A stretch of 64,000 nucleotides of DNA from Escherichia coli (GCF_003018235.1 NZ_CP027437.1), one strand, 5' to 3'; positions 20,432 through 29,015 are shown, counted from the first letter of the stretch. A program made the numbers and translations. Notes: generated from the letters alone by a model not told the origin.

Positions 20432-21828
20432 AGTGGGTGCACATCATCGCCATCAATAGCGATTACGCCGTCACCTTCCAGCTTGTACAGCCAGCGCCGG
20501 AAATTTTTCATCTCATACCCCAGCTTTTTCATATCGTCGCGGAGAAGGGCGATAGTGCACGCCTCCCCGTGTGCTGTCCTCGTTCTGATGCACTGCCATA
20601 GCGCGGCGTGATTCTCCGTCTTGTTTCCGGCCTCCTCGATGCGCTCCAGTTCAACGGGTGGGCGCGGTTTATCCACAACCACCAGCGACGTGATTAACTC
20701 CCCGTCAGCGTCGGTAAAAAGCTCCACCACACGTAAATCGTATGCGGCCTCTTTCAGTTCCTCCGCGTCCTTCATTTTGGTGCAGGAGATAACCAGGGCT
20801 TCACAGTCCGCACCTTCACGGCGAATACGGTATTCAGCGTCCAGAGATGCACGAAATGCACTGGAACCACGCGCCCCTTTCGTCTCATCCTTGCCGGAAT
20901 GGTGAACCACCAGCACCGTGGCCCCTGTGCGTCGTTTCAGTTCGTCACATCCACGGATAAACGCCCCCATGTCACGGGAATCATTTTCATCATTGCCGCC
21001 AAAGCAACGCGCCAGCGTATCCAGAATAATCATGCGTACAGGTTTACCCGTTTCCCGCTCCACCTGGCTGGCTGCGATAACCATTTCATCAACATCAAGC
21101 GGGGCCGCCGGAAAAATGGGACGGTTTACCAGATACAGATTTTTCACCTGCTCACCGTGCACAACCTCCCAGGCTTTTACACGACGTGGAACGCCGATAC
21201 CGCCTTCACCAACCACATAGAGAACCGCACCATGTGCAACCCTGCGGCCTCCCCAGTAGCGACCTGTGGAAACGTGACACGCCCACGATCCGGCAAGGAA
21301 TGATTTATAGGAACCGCTCGCCCCGTATATGCTGCATAGCGATACCGCCGGAATAATTCCCTTAACCACGTAATCAAGTTGCGTGTCGTATCCGGCAGAA
21401 CCAATGCTCATCGGTAGTTTGGTTTTCCGCTGGTGGCTTTTTTCTTCCTCCTGCGCTTTACCGCGCTCCCGTTCCAGATATTCGCGCCAGTTCTCCCGCT
21501 TCTGGCTGTGCATCCCATCTGGGTAATAATTCGCATCCCGTACACCTGCTGCCGCCAGCTTTTGCGCTATGGCATTAATGCTCGATGGCTTGATATGGCC
21601 TGCCCTGTACAGACGGACGCAATAGCGGCCCTCGTCGATGATTCTCAGGTCTGGCAGTTCAGCCAGTTGATCATCAGCCAGCACAACGGGAGGCACATTA
21701 TCGCCAGCAAGTCGCCCGTCCTGCTCCTGCCACTGCTTCGCGTGTGCCCAGGCATCACTACCCGCAAAAATAATGACTTCTGTCATTTTGTCGTAAGGCT
21801 GTTTTCTTAAGTTCGGTGCGCTCTTCAT
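20428..21828 (-). CDS. Replication initiator/helicase, RepA-like RecA-fold ATPase (466 aa)
   Basis: Walker A GASGSYKS, Walker B MIILD, VLVVHHSGKDETKG motif typical of RepA/AAA_25 helicases; start overlaps upstream ORF stop. Confidence 0.7.
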   Translation of the reverse strand: MKSAPNLRKQPYDKMTEVIIFAGSDAWAHAKQWQEQDGRLAGDNVPPVVLADDQLAELPDLRIIDEGRYCVRLYRAGHIKPSSINAIAQKLAAAGVRDANYYPDGMHSQKRENWREYLERERGKAQEEEKSHQRKTKLPMSIGSAGYDTQLDYVVKGIIPAVSLCSIYGASGSYKSFLAGSWACHVSTGRYWGGRRVAHGAVLYVVGEGGIGVPRRVKAWEVVHGEQVKNLYLVNRPIFPAAPLDVDEMVIAASQVERETGKPVRMIILDTLARCFGGNDENDSRDMGAFIRGCDELKRRTGATVLVVHHSGKDETKGARGSSAFRASLDAEYRIRREGADCEALVISCTKMKDAEELKEAAYDLRVVELFTDADGELITSLVVVDKPRPPVELERIEEAGNKTENHAALWQCIRTRTAHGEACTIALLRDDMKKLGYEMKNFRRWLYKLEGDGVIAIDGDDVHPL

Positions 21829-22121
21829 TTGCCTTTTCTCCCTCTGGCTATCTGGTTGCGTAACTCCGCTATGTGCTGTGCTATCGTTCCTGAATCATCA
21901 CAGCAATATTTCTTTTCCTTCAGAGGCGTAAAATCCTTCTCAAATTGCAACCGGAACATCACATTCTCAAATAAATATCCAGAACGTATAAAAGTAATAA
22001 ATGTGCTGTTAACTCTCGTCACTGTCACATAATTACCGTCACCATCCAGATAAATATCACCTTTAATAATTTCAGGGCGAGGAAGGCCGCTGGCAGTTGC
22101 GCCAGTATTTTTCTTTTTCAT
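21825..22121 (-). CDS. Hypothetical protein (98 aa), translationally coupled to the RepA-like gene
   Basis: ATGA-type overlap with RepA-like gene start; family not recognised. Confidence 0.45.
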   Translation of the reverse strand: MKKKNTGATASGLPRPEIIKGDIYLDGDGNYVTVTRVNSTFITFIRSGYLFENVMFRLQFEKDFTPLKEKKYCCDDSGTIAQHIAELRNQIARGRKGK

Positions 22122-22137
22122 GGTATTTACCTTTCTG

Positions 22138-22419
22138 TTATTCGTCGTTCTGAATAAAACGTTGTTCTCTTATTTCAGAAAGTATCCTGTAAACATTCTT
22201 ATCACTTACCACTTGATGATAATCATCATCCTCAATAAAACACATCAGCGCCTTATTACGGATATATATTTCTCTGGAAAGAAACTGTATCGCCGCGACT
22301 GCCCTTTCTTCTGTAATTCCGTTCATTGACTCACGTTCAATAATAATATTAAGTGCGGCGGATGCGTCTTCCAGTTCAATAAGGTAAGCAGCGAGGTTAT
22401 TTTTTATTCCATTAGACAT
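22138..22419 (-). CDS. Hypothetical acidic protein (93 aa)
   Basis: Operon position between Icd-like ORF and 98-aa ORF; family not recognised. Confidence 0.45.
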   Translation of the reverse strand: MSNGIKNNLAAYLIELEDASAALNIIIERESMNGITEERAVAAIQFLSREIYIRNKALMCFIEDDDYHQVVSDKNVYRILSEIREQRFIQNDE

Positions 22420-22615
22420 GGCTCACCCCCTGACAGATTTTTGCAGCGAATACAGCAACACAACCGGACGGGCAAAGGTTACGCGCTTCGCGTTCCGTCC
22501 AGGCGGTTACGTGGATGATTTGATGGTCTGACGCGCCAAAGGCAATAAAGCGCCAGGTGAATTTATTCAGGTTGTGCGAGTCCCGCCCTTGCGGGTGTGT
22601 GATATGATTTAACAT
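22412..22615 (-). CDS. Small protein (67 aa), possibly Icd-like (host cell division inhibitor family of P4-like elements)
   Basis: Only the C-terminal 67 codons of the 353-aa track ORF look coding; MLNHITHPQGRDSHNLNKFTWRFIAFGASDHQIIHVTAWTEREARNLCP; motif resemblance recalled, not searched. Confidence 0.45.
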   Translation of the reverse strand: MLNHITHPQGRDSHNLNKFTWRFIAFGASDHQIIHVTAWTEREARNLCPSGCVAVFAAKICQGVSHV

Positions 22616-22708
22616 AGCTACCTCGATACTATTGCTATCGTTGGTGGTTAGAAGCCTGTGGGTGTTAGCGGCACCTACGGGCTTCGCAGTTTCTGAACCT
22701 TGAACACT

Positions 22709-22794
22709 CAAGGTGTAAGACACAACATAAAACAACAGTGTCTTACACGTCAACCCTTTAAAATAGTTTTTTTTCGTGTATATTGTCTTACACC
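22709..22794. promoter_or_regulatory. Operator-like repeats: palindrome GGTGTAAGACAC / GTGTCTTACACG plus a third copy TGTCTTACACC overlapping a TATATT -10 element
   Basis: Three copies of an 11-12 bp motif in a divergent intergenic region directly upstream of a small plus-strand ORF. Confidence 0.6.
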
Positions 22795-22814
22795 AAAAAC
22801 ATGAGGGGTTAGAC

Positions 22815-23000
22815 ATGGCAACAGGTCCAAAGAATGCAAAATCACAATCTGTAACTGCACGTATTGCCCATGAAATTATTGAAGGCATGGAAAACGTGAA
22901 AGAAGATGGCGAAAGTACAGGGCAGTTTATAAGCGCAGCCATGCGTGGCGAGATCAAACGCCGCCAACGGAAAAAAACCAAAGAATCAGATAAGGAATAA
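22815..23000 (+). CDS. Small basic protein (61 aa), possible ribbon-helix-helix-type regulator
   Basis: Start moved to MATGPKN with GAGGGG RBS; only plus-strand gene in the island. Confidence 0.45.
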   Translation: MATGPKNAKSQSVTARIAHEIIEGMENVKEDGESTGQFISAAMRGEIKRRQRKKTKESDKE

Positions 23001-23003
23001 CTT

Positions 23004-23147
23004 ATGCAGCAAGTACTATACTGGCTTGGCTCTTTGTTTTTATTTGCTTTCCTCCTGGGAAATTGCATCAGCAATGAACACGTCAGTAATGAGCGTGTAT
23101 GCAGGAGTGATGAAAAAAAGATTCCACGCCTCATATACAATGATTGA
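23004..23147 (+). CDS. Small hydrophobic peptide (47 aa), predicted single membrane helix
   Basis: Below the 60-aa track cutoff; ATG 8 nt after AAGGA RBS that overlaps the upstream ORF stop; MQQVLYWLGSLFLFAFLLGNCISNEHVSNERVCRSDEKKIPRLIYND. Confidence 0.35.
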   Translation: MQQVLYWLGSLFLFAFLLGNCISNEHVSNERVCRSDEKKIPRLIYND

Positions 23148-23292
23148 TTAGCTCGTGCAGCACTAAAGCAACGCAAGGCCAAAGAGCAGGAATAGCCCAC
23201 CAGCAAGCCAGCGCACTGATCACATTGCCCACCAGCCGCAAATGTGGCATTGTTGGCTATGCTCATGCGTTGGGGATAACGTGTAGCTTGTG

Positions 23293-23325
23293 TCGAGGGG
23301 CCACCGTAGCGGGTGGCCTTTGTTT
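23293..23325 (+). terminator. Plus-strand intrinsic terminator downstream of the two-gene cassette
   Basis: Hairpin GGCCACCGTAGCGGGTGGCC followed by TTTGTTTT. Confidence 0.55.
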
Positions 23326-23420
23326 TGCCTGTTATCCGGCAATTGTGGCGCTTCGCCACACGGTTGATATAATTCCCCTGCACTGATCCATTTTTTTCGC
23401 AGCAGGTTAATTGTTCGCAA

Positions 23421-23449
23421 GGGCGCTCCGGCAACGGGGCGCTTTTTGT
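23421..23449 (+). terminator. Second plus-strand intrinsic terminator (possible end of a short non-coding transcript)
   Basis: Hairpin GCGCTCCGG-caac-GGGGCGC followed by T5; a TATAAT-like element lies at about 23365. Confidence 0.4.
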
Positions 23450-23477
23450 TATGTTCATCGCGTTACGCCTCACACCA

Positions 23478-23684
23478 TTACGCAGCCGTTCCGCGCGCTT
23501 CTTCCTCGCGCTCTTTCAGCCAGGCCAGCACTTCATCTTCATACCAGCCAACACGACGCAGACCGATTTTGAAGCCTTTCGGGAATTTTCCGGCGTTGAT
23601 CATGTCCTGTAGCGAACTGTCCGCCTTGATGCGAAGAATATTTTTTACTTCCTGACGGGTGAGTATTTTTCTGATTACTTCCAT
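23478..23684 (-). CDS. alpA: AlpA-family phage transcriptional regulator / excisionase-like (68 aa)
   Basis: LTRQEVKNILRIKADSSLQDMINAGKFPKGFKIGLRRVGWYEDEVLAWL is typical of AlpA/Vis-like HTH proteins. Confidence 0.8.
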   Translation of the reverse strand: MEVIRKILTRQEVKNILRIKADSSLQDMINAGKFPKGFKIGLRRVGWYEDEVLAWLKEREEEARGTAA

Positions 23685-23851
23685 CGTGTTTTACCTCATT
23701 AATCCGGCGTGTTCCGGTGATAAATACGGTAAAACAGGGAAGGGCGGGAAAAACAGTACCTACCGTTTTAAAACGGTACCCACTGTTTTTTATCTCGTTG
23801 ATTGTGCTTCTTTTTGCAAAAAATAGCGACCGCAAGGGGCCGCTATTGTGA

Positions 23852-24085
23852 TTACCGTCTCCACTTCTTAGGTCGCCCACCGCATTTAAGGCTGGTGGGC
23901 CTCAGCACCTTGTCGATGCTTTCAGCCAGATTTTTCGATACGCCACGTGAGCGCAAAAAACTGACTACCTCGTGTTTTGTGGGGGCTGTTGATTTGTCTT
24001 CCGGATCGTACGTTGACCAGAATTCACGGCTTACCAGTACAGCCAGTTCAAGCCCGTCACAAGTGCCATTGATGTTTGTTTGCAT
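23852..24085 (-). CDS. Hypothetical protein (77 aa) between integrase and alpA
   Basis: Basic C-terminus GGRPKKWRR; followed on minus strand by hairpin plus T-run. Confidence 0.4.
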   Translation of the reverse strand: MQTNINGTCDGLELAVLVSREFWSTYDPEDKSTAPTKHEVVSFLRSRGVSKNLAESIDKVLRPTSLKCGGRPKKWRR

Positions 24086-24189
24086 GTTGATGCTCTCTTC
24101 ATGTTTGGCGGCCTTTGGGGGTAACGAGATAATGCAACTATACGACGGTTTTACATGGTTTTCATCGTTTTTGCTGGTTTTGTGTACAG

Positions 24190-25431
24190 TTATACCGCAC
24201 GGATACCCCTTTTACCACCAGCAAGGGTAACGCCCGTTGCCGCTGCCTCAACAAATTCCCCCCACCAGCGCATCAGCACAATGCGTTTTTCCAGGTAGTT
24301 ACTGCGGTTGTAGGCTCTCCTTACTTCGTTGGTGTCCACGTGGGCCAGTGCGGCCTCGATTACGTCCGGCTCGAATCCTTCCTCGTTTGCTGCTGTGCTG
24401 AATATGGCGCGTAATCCATGAGACACCAGCACGCCAGCGAACCCCATGCGCCGTAATGCTGCGTTGGCGGTCTGGCTGTTCATCGGCTGGCGTGGGTCTT
24501 TCAGGCTCGGGAAAACATGCTCGCGGTGGTGGCTGATTGGTTTCATGGCCTCCAGCACTGCCATAGCCTGACCGCAAAGCGGGATAACGTGATCACGTCG
24601 CATCTTCATACGTCCGGCTGGTATCGTCCATTGTTGCTCGTCCAGGTCGATTTCTTCCCAGCGTGCTGACGATGCCTCAACAGGACGGGTTACGGTAAGT
24701 AGCTGCCACTCAATCAGTAGTCTTGTCTGCCGTTCTGTTGCCGATACGGATAAAGCCCGCATAAGCTCCGGTAGCTGCTCGGGGCGGATTGTTGGCATAT
24801 GTTTTTTTACTGGGGTGGGGAAGGCCTTGCGCACGTTTGTAGCCGGATTGGTATCAATCATCCCGCTGTTGGCGGCGTAATCCATAACTTCATTGATGCG
24901 CTGTAAAACCCGCTTGAGCGTTTCCAGGTTGCCGCGTTCCTTGATGGGGGTGAGTATCTCCACGAACCTGCGGGCGGTGAGGGTGTCTACTGGCGTGTCA
25001 CCGATGAACGGGAATACATATTTCTCCAGCGATCTCCATATGTCTTTAATTGTGTTGGGTGCAAGATTCTGGCTGATTTTCACCTGGTACCATGCCGCTG
25101 CTACATTTTCGAACGTGTTGCCCTGTCTCCGTTCCTCTGCTTCGCGTTTTCGTCGCTCGTGTTCCTGTGGGTCGGTGCCGGAAGAAATTAACGTCCTGTA
25201 CTCGCTACGGCGTTTTCTGGCATCAGCCAAGGAAACATCATCAAGCGATCCAAAACTCAGCAATATTCTTTTTTTGTCCAATGGGCGGTAGTAGGAAAAT
25301 CGCCAGAGTTTTGATCCAGACGGTTTGACCAGGAGAAAAAGCCCTCCGCCGTCCTGTAGGGTGTACTCCTTTTCCGCTGGTCTGGCTGCTTTGATCTGCA
25401 CTGTGGTTAATGGGGTTGTTTTTCTCGCCAT
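24190..25431 (-). CDS. Tyrosine integrase, P4/CP4-57 IntA-like (about 413 aa)
   Basis: N-terminal arm-binding-type region (KEYTLQDGGGLFLLVKPSGSKLWRFSY), C-terminal catalytic region (HGLRAIFST, ALAHV); adjacent to tRNA 3' end. Confidence 0.9.
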   Translation of the reverse strand: MARKTTPLTTVQIKAARPAEKEYTLQDGGGLFLLVKPSGSKLWRFSYYRPLDKKRILLSFGSLDDVSLADARKRRSEYRTLISSGTDPQEHERRKREAEERRQGNTFENVAAAWYQVKISQNLAPNTIKDIWRSLEKYVFPFIGDTPVDTLTARRFVEILTPIKERGNLETLKRVLQRINEVMDYAANSGMIDTNPATNVRKAFPTPVKKHMPTIRPEQLPELMRALSVSATERQTRLLIEWQLLTVTRPVEASSARWEEIDLDEQQWTIPAGRMKMRRDHVIPLCGQAMAVLEAMKPISHHREHVFPSLKDPRQPMNSQTANAALRRMGFAGVLVSHGLRAIFSTAANEEGFEPDVIEAALAHVDTNEVRRAYNRSNYLEKRIVLMRWWGEFVEAAATGVTLAGGKRGIRAV

Positions 25432-25462
25432 ATGTCTATGATTCCACACGAAAAAATGGGGT

Positions 25463-25520
25463 TTTAGTTATACGGCTTTAGTTATACGTCAGCCCGTATA
25501 ACTAAACGTATAACTAAAAA
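25463..25520. repeat. Cluster of four CGTATAACTAAA 12-mers (two inverted, two direct) upstream of the integrase gene; candidate integrase arm-type binding sites / attR
   Basis: TTTAGTTATACGG x2 then CCGTATAACTAAACGTATAACTAAAAA; direct part matches 15392-15417. Confidence 0.6.
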
Positions 25521-25574
25521 ATCCGGCTGATAGCTTATAAATCCGGTGATGTCCGGTGACTAAAAACCATAAAA

Positions 25575-25608
25575 AAACCCGCCAATCAAGTGATTAGCGG
25601 GCTTTTCG
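25575..25608 (-). terminator. Intrinsic terminator downstream of proL
   Basis: Minus-strand hairpin GCCCGCTAATCACTTGATTGGCGGGT followed by T7. Confidence 0.7.
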
Positions 25609-25649
25609 TGTCTGAAACTGTTATTTCCGGTGGTATCCGGTGGGCGATT

Positions 25650-25726
25650 TGGTCGGCACGAGAGGATTTGAACCTCCGACCCCCGACACCCCATGACGGT
25701 GCGCTACCAGGCTGCGCTACGTGCCG
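25650..25726 (-). tRNA. proL: tRNA-Pro (77 nt, ends CCA)
   Basis: Reverse complement reads CGGCACGTAGCGCAGCCTGGTAGCGCACCGTCATGGGGTGTCGGGGGTCGGAGGTTCAAATCCTCTCGTGCCGACCA. Confidence 0.95.
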
Positions 25727-25800
25727 ACTCGTGGCTGCTAATACTACCGTTTTCCACACCGATTGCAAGTAAGATATTTTGCTAACTGATTTATAATTAA

Positions 25801-27561
25801 TCAGTTAGCGATAAAACGCTTCTCGTCTGTCAGTACTTGCAATAACAAACTTAACTGTGGTTTTTCATCTTTCACTCTTTCACCACGTAAGTTGTAAGTA
25901 CGGTATTTACCGTTATTGTTCAGCACCAGCGTCTTTTTCGGGGTGGTAATTGCCAGCGTATCGTTATCCGCGGCGGTAACCCAGTAATGACGGCGTTGAG
26001 GGTTGAACAAATCCTGACCTTGCGAATATTCGCTGGCAGGTGTGCTGACATGTAGCAGGCGTTGCATCAGCGTCGTCATCAGATCGGTATGATCAGTCAG
26101 AGCATTAATACGCTGCGCCGGCGTACCTGGCCAGTGAATCACTAATGGTACCTGCAGATGACCGTGGGACCAGTCAAAGGTTTCTTCCTCTTCGCTCAGC
26201 GGAATACCCCGACCGGCAGTGATAATCACCACCGTATTGTCCAGTTTGCCAGAATCACGCAGTGCATTGAGCACGCGGTTGATTTGGTCATCGACATTGC
26301 CTGCCGCCCGGCTATATTTCCGTGCAAATGCCTGCTGATTGCTGTCGTCAATGTTAGTGCCATTGAAAGAGATCCACGAGAACCAGCGGTTATCTTCTTG
26401 TGCGTAGCGGCCCAGCCAGTTGATCCACTGCGTGGCGGTCTGCTCGTCGGATTGGGTGCGTACGCTCGGCATCGAGAAATCTGACAACAATGCCTGGCGA
26501 TACAGCGGGCTGGTAAAGCCATCTGATGAGAATAACCCCAGCTGATAGCCTTGCTGATTAAGCGCAGTAATTAATGCCGCAGGCGTACGGGTCGACAGAA
26601 TACCGTCCATATAGCTCGGCGAGATGCCATAGAACAGGCCAAAGATGCCGTTGTCTGTAGTGTTGCCGGAGCTCATATGGCGCGTGAACGAAATATTTTG
26701 CTCAGCAAAACCTGCCAGCGCAGGCATCTGCTTCTCGAAGCGTGAGTAGTTCAGGCCATCGACAGTAATCAACAGCACATTCTGCCCGGTGCCCATATCG
26801 CGATAGCGCAGTTCGCTTAACGGATACTGAACGGAAACGGCGTCTGGATTACCTTGCTCAATGAGACGGCGTTGATACTCCTGCGCATCAAGCAGACCAT
26901 GCTTCTCAAGAAAACGTCGCGCCGTCATCGGGTACGAAAGCGGTAGGTTAGCGCGCTGCATGGTGATCGGGCGATAGAAGTTGGCATCGGCCCAGATATA
27001 CACCACATGCGAGGCGATAAAGGCGATAAATAAGAATGCGGCCAGCGGGCGCGCGAAGCGTCGACGACGCGTCAGGCTTCGCAGCTTTTGCCAGCTCCAC
27101 GTCGCAAACACCAGTTCAAGCAATAAAATAACCGGCACGCTGATGAACATCAGCTGCCAGTCGCGCGCCATCTCATTTTCGTCTGGGTTGATAACCAGTT
27201 GCCAGACGATGGGATTAAGATGGAGATGGAAACGAGTAAAGACTTCGCTATCGATCAGTAATAGCGTCATTCCCGCCGTTGCCAGAATGACGGACAAAAA
27301 CCTCATCAGCCTCTGGGAGCCGACGATAAAGGTCAGCGGGAAGAGGATCAGCAAGTAGGTGGCGAACACCAGGAAGCTGAAATGGCCGATAATGCTTACG
27401 TAGGAATAAATGCGACCAGCAAGCGTTGTCGGCCAGTCGGCGATAAACAGGTAACGGCTGCCAATGACGAGCGAAAGCAGAATATTGAACAGTGCAAACC
27501 AGTGCCCCCAACTGACCATCTGGGAGACTTTTTCACGGTAGCGCTGACGATGAGTTACCAT
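25801..27561 (-). CDS. yejM: Inner membrane protein YejM/PbgA (586 aa)
   Basis: Five N-terminal TM helices plus periplasmic sulfatase-like domain; synteny. Confidence 0.92.
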   Translation of the reverse strand: MVTHRQRYREKVSQMVSWGHWFALFNILLSLVIGSRYLFIADWPTTLAGRIYSYVSIIGHFSFLVFATYLLILFPLTFIVGSQRLMRFLSVILATAGMTLLLIDSEVFTRFHLHLNPIVWQLVINPDENEMARDWQLMFISVPVILLLELVFATWSWQKLRSLTRRRRFARPLAAFLFIAFIASHVVYIWADANFYRPITMQRANLPLSYPMTARRFLEKHGLLDAQEYQRRLIEQGNPDAVSVQYPLSELRYRDMGTGQNVLLITVDGLNYSRFEKQMPALAGFAEQNISFTRHMSSGNTTDNGIFGLFYGISPSYMDGILSTRTPAALITALNQQGYQLGLFSSDGFTSPLYRQALLSDFSMPSVRTQSDEQTATQWINWLGRYAQEDNRWFSWISFNGTNIDDSNQQAFARKYSRAAGNVDDQINRVLNALRDSGKLDNTVVIITAGRGIPLSEEEETFDWSHGHLQVPLVIHWPGTPAQRINALTDHTDLMTTLMQRLLHVSTPASEYSQGQDLFNPQRRHYWVTAADNDTLAITTPKKTLVLNNNGKYRTYNLRGERVKDEKPQLSLLLQVLTDEKRFIAN

Positions 27562-27580
27562 AACCTGTTATCTGTTTCCC

Positions 27581-27808
27581 TTAGTGCGCTTTGTCTTCGT
27601 TGATAGAGGACTGTAAGGCGCGGGCAAAAGAGTTGGCAATTGCCTGGCGTTGGGCCGGGGCAATGCTGGTGTTGATAAGGTTAGTGACCATGTTGCCTAA
27701 CACCATCAGGGAAAGGTCGGTCGGAGCCTTATGTTTTTCCAGTACGTTGAGCAGCTCTGCGAGCAATTGTTCAACCTGTTCATCACTGTAGCGGGAAATT
27801 TGTGGCAT
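27581..27808 (-). CDS. yejL: UPF0352 protein YejL (75 aa)
   Basis: Size and position; [26 protein letters not shown]. Confidence 0.88.
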
Positions 27809-27989
27809 AAATCGAAATCAGTTAGTTGATGAAAGGGCAACATATTACCGTAGCAACGGTTTTTTTTCTGCTTTTTTATGCGTTAAATCATTCTCGTTAC
27901 GCTGCCTTCTGTAAAATGACCGCCATCTTTTATTGCGTCGCTTAACCGGCGGTGGTTGAATACCGCCCGGTCTTAAAGGAGAGTTTATC

Positions 27990-28997
27990 ATGAGTCTGGA
28001 TGTCAACCAGATTGCTCTGCACCAGCTTATCAAGCGTGATGAGCAGAACCTTGAGCTGGTGTTGCGCGATTCATTGCTGGAACCGACGGAAACCGTCGTT
28101 GAGATGGTGGCAGAACTGCATCGGGTCTATAGCGCCAAAAATAAAGCTTACGGCTTGTTTAGCGAAGAGAGTGAACTGGCGCAGACGCTGCGCTTACAGC
28201 GTCAGGGCGAAGAGGACTTTCTGGCATTTAGCCGCGCGGCAACCGGTCGCCTGCGTGACGAATTAGCGAAATATCCTTTTGCTGACGGTGGATTCGTGCT
28301 GTTTTGCCACTATCGCTATCTGGCGGTGGAGTATCTGCTGGTGGCAGTTCTGAGTAACCTGAGCAGTATGCGTGTTAACGAAAATCTCGACATCAACCCA
28401 ACTCATTATCTTGATATCAATCATGCGGATATTGTTGCGCGTATCGATTTAACCGAGTGGGAAACCAATCCAGAGTCGACCCGCTATCTCACTTTCCTGA
28501 AAGGGCGAGTAGGGCGCAAAGTGGCGGATTTCTTTATGGATTTCCTCGGTGCCAGCGAAGGGTTAAACGCGAAAGCGCAAAACCGTGGGCTGTTGCAAGC
28601 GGTCGATGATTTCACTGCCGAAGCACAACTGGATAAAGCAGAGCGACAGAACGTGCGCCAGCAGGTTTATAGCTACTGTAATGAGCAGCTACAGGCAGGT
28701 GAAGAGATTGAACTGGAATCGCTGTCGAAAGAGCTGGCAGGCGTCAGCGAAGTGAGCTTCACGGAGTTTGCGGCTGAAAAAGGCTACGAACTGGAAGAGA
28801 GCTTCCCGGCAGACCGTAGCACACTGCGTCAGTTGACGAAGTTTGCCGGTAGCGGCGGTGGCTTGACTATTAACTTTGATGCGATGCTGTTAGGTGAACG
28901 CATCTTCTGGGATCCAGCCACCGATACCCTGACCATTAAAGGCACGCCGCCGAATTTGCGCGATCAATTGCAGCGCCGGACGTCTGGCGGCAATTAA
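27990..28997 (+). CDS. yejK: Nucleoid-associated protein YejK (335 aa)
   Basis: [19 protein letters not shown]... full-length match from memory. Confidence 0.92.
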   Translation: MSLDVNQIALHQLIKRDEQNLELVLRDSLLEPTETVVEMVAELHRVYSAKNKAYGLFSEESELAQTLRLQRQGEEDFLAFSRAATGRLRDELAKYPFADGGFVLFCHYRYLAVEYLLVAVLSNLSSMRVNENLDINPTHYLDINHADIVARIDLTEWETNPESTRYLTFLKGRVGRKVADFFMDFLGASEGLNAKAQNRGLLQAVDDFTAEAQLDKAERQNVRQQVYSYCNEQLQAGEEIELESLSKELAGVSEVSFTEFAAEKGYELEESFPADRSTLRQLTKFAGSGGGLTINFDAMLLGERIFWDPATDTLTIKGTPPNLRDQLQRRTSGGN

Positions 28998-29015
28998 TCG
29001 GTTTTGTGTTCTGAA

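Larger units (their letters stand above)
15320..25649. mobile_element. ~10.3 kb integrative island at the 3' side of tRNA-Pro (proL); satellite-like (P4/PICI-like) with two tyrosine recombinases, AlpA, RepA-like helicase plus iterons, PerC-like regulator and a protease-capsid fusion gene
   Basis: Integrase adjacent to tRNA 3' end; 26-bp near-identical direct repeats at 15392-15417 and 25493-25518; 9-bp tRNA 3'-end match at 15323-15331; gene content atypical of core chromosome. Confidence 0.8.

Noticed and set aside
22412-23473. 353-aa minus-strand ORF in the six-frame track
   Set aside because: Its sequence is cysteine-rich and low-complexity with no domain-like segments, and it runs antisense across the plus-strand cassette, two plus-strand terminators and the operator repeats. 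Only its last 67 codons (22412-22615), which have their own ATG and overlap the next gene, look like a real gene.
15320-25649. Search for a classical defence system in the island (restriction-modification, CRISPR-Cas, retron, CBASS, large ATPase/nuclease pairs)
   Set aside because: No ORF in the island has nuclease, methyltransferase, reverse transcriptase, cyclase or STAND-ATPase motifs that I can recognise, and no CRISPR-like repeat array is present. The only candidate effector-like module is the small two-gene cassette reported in the findings.
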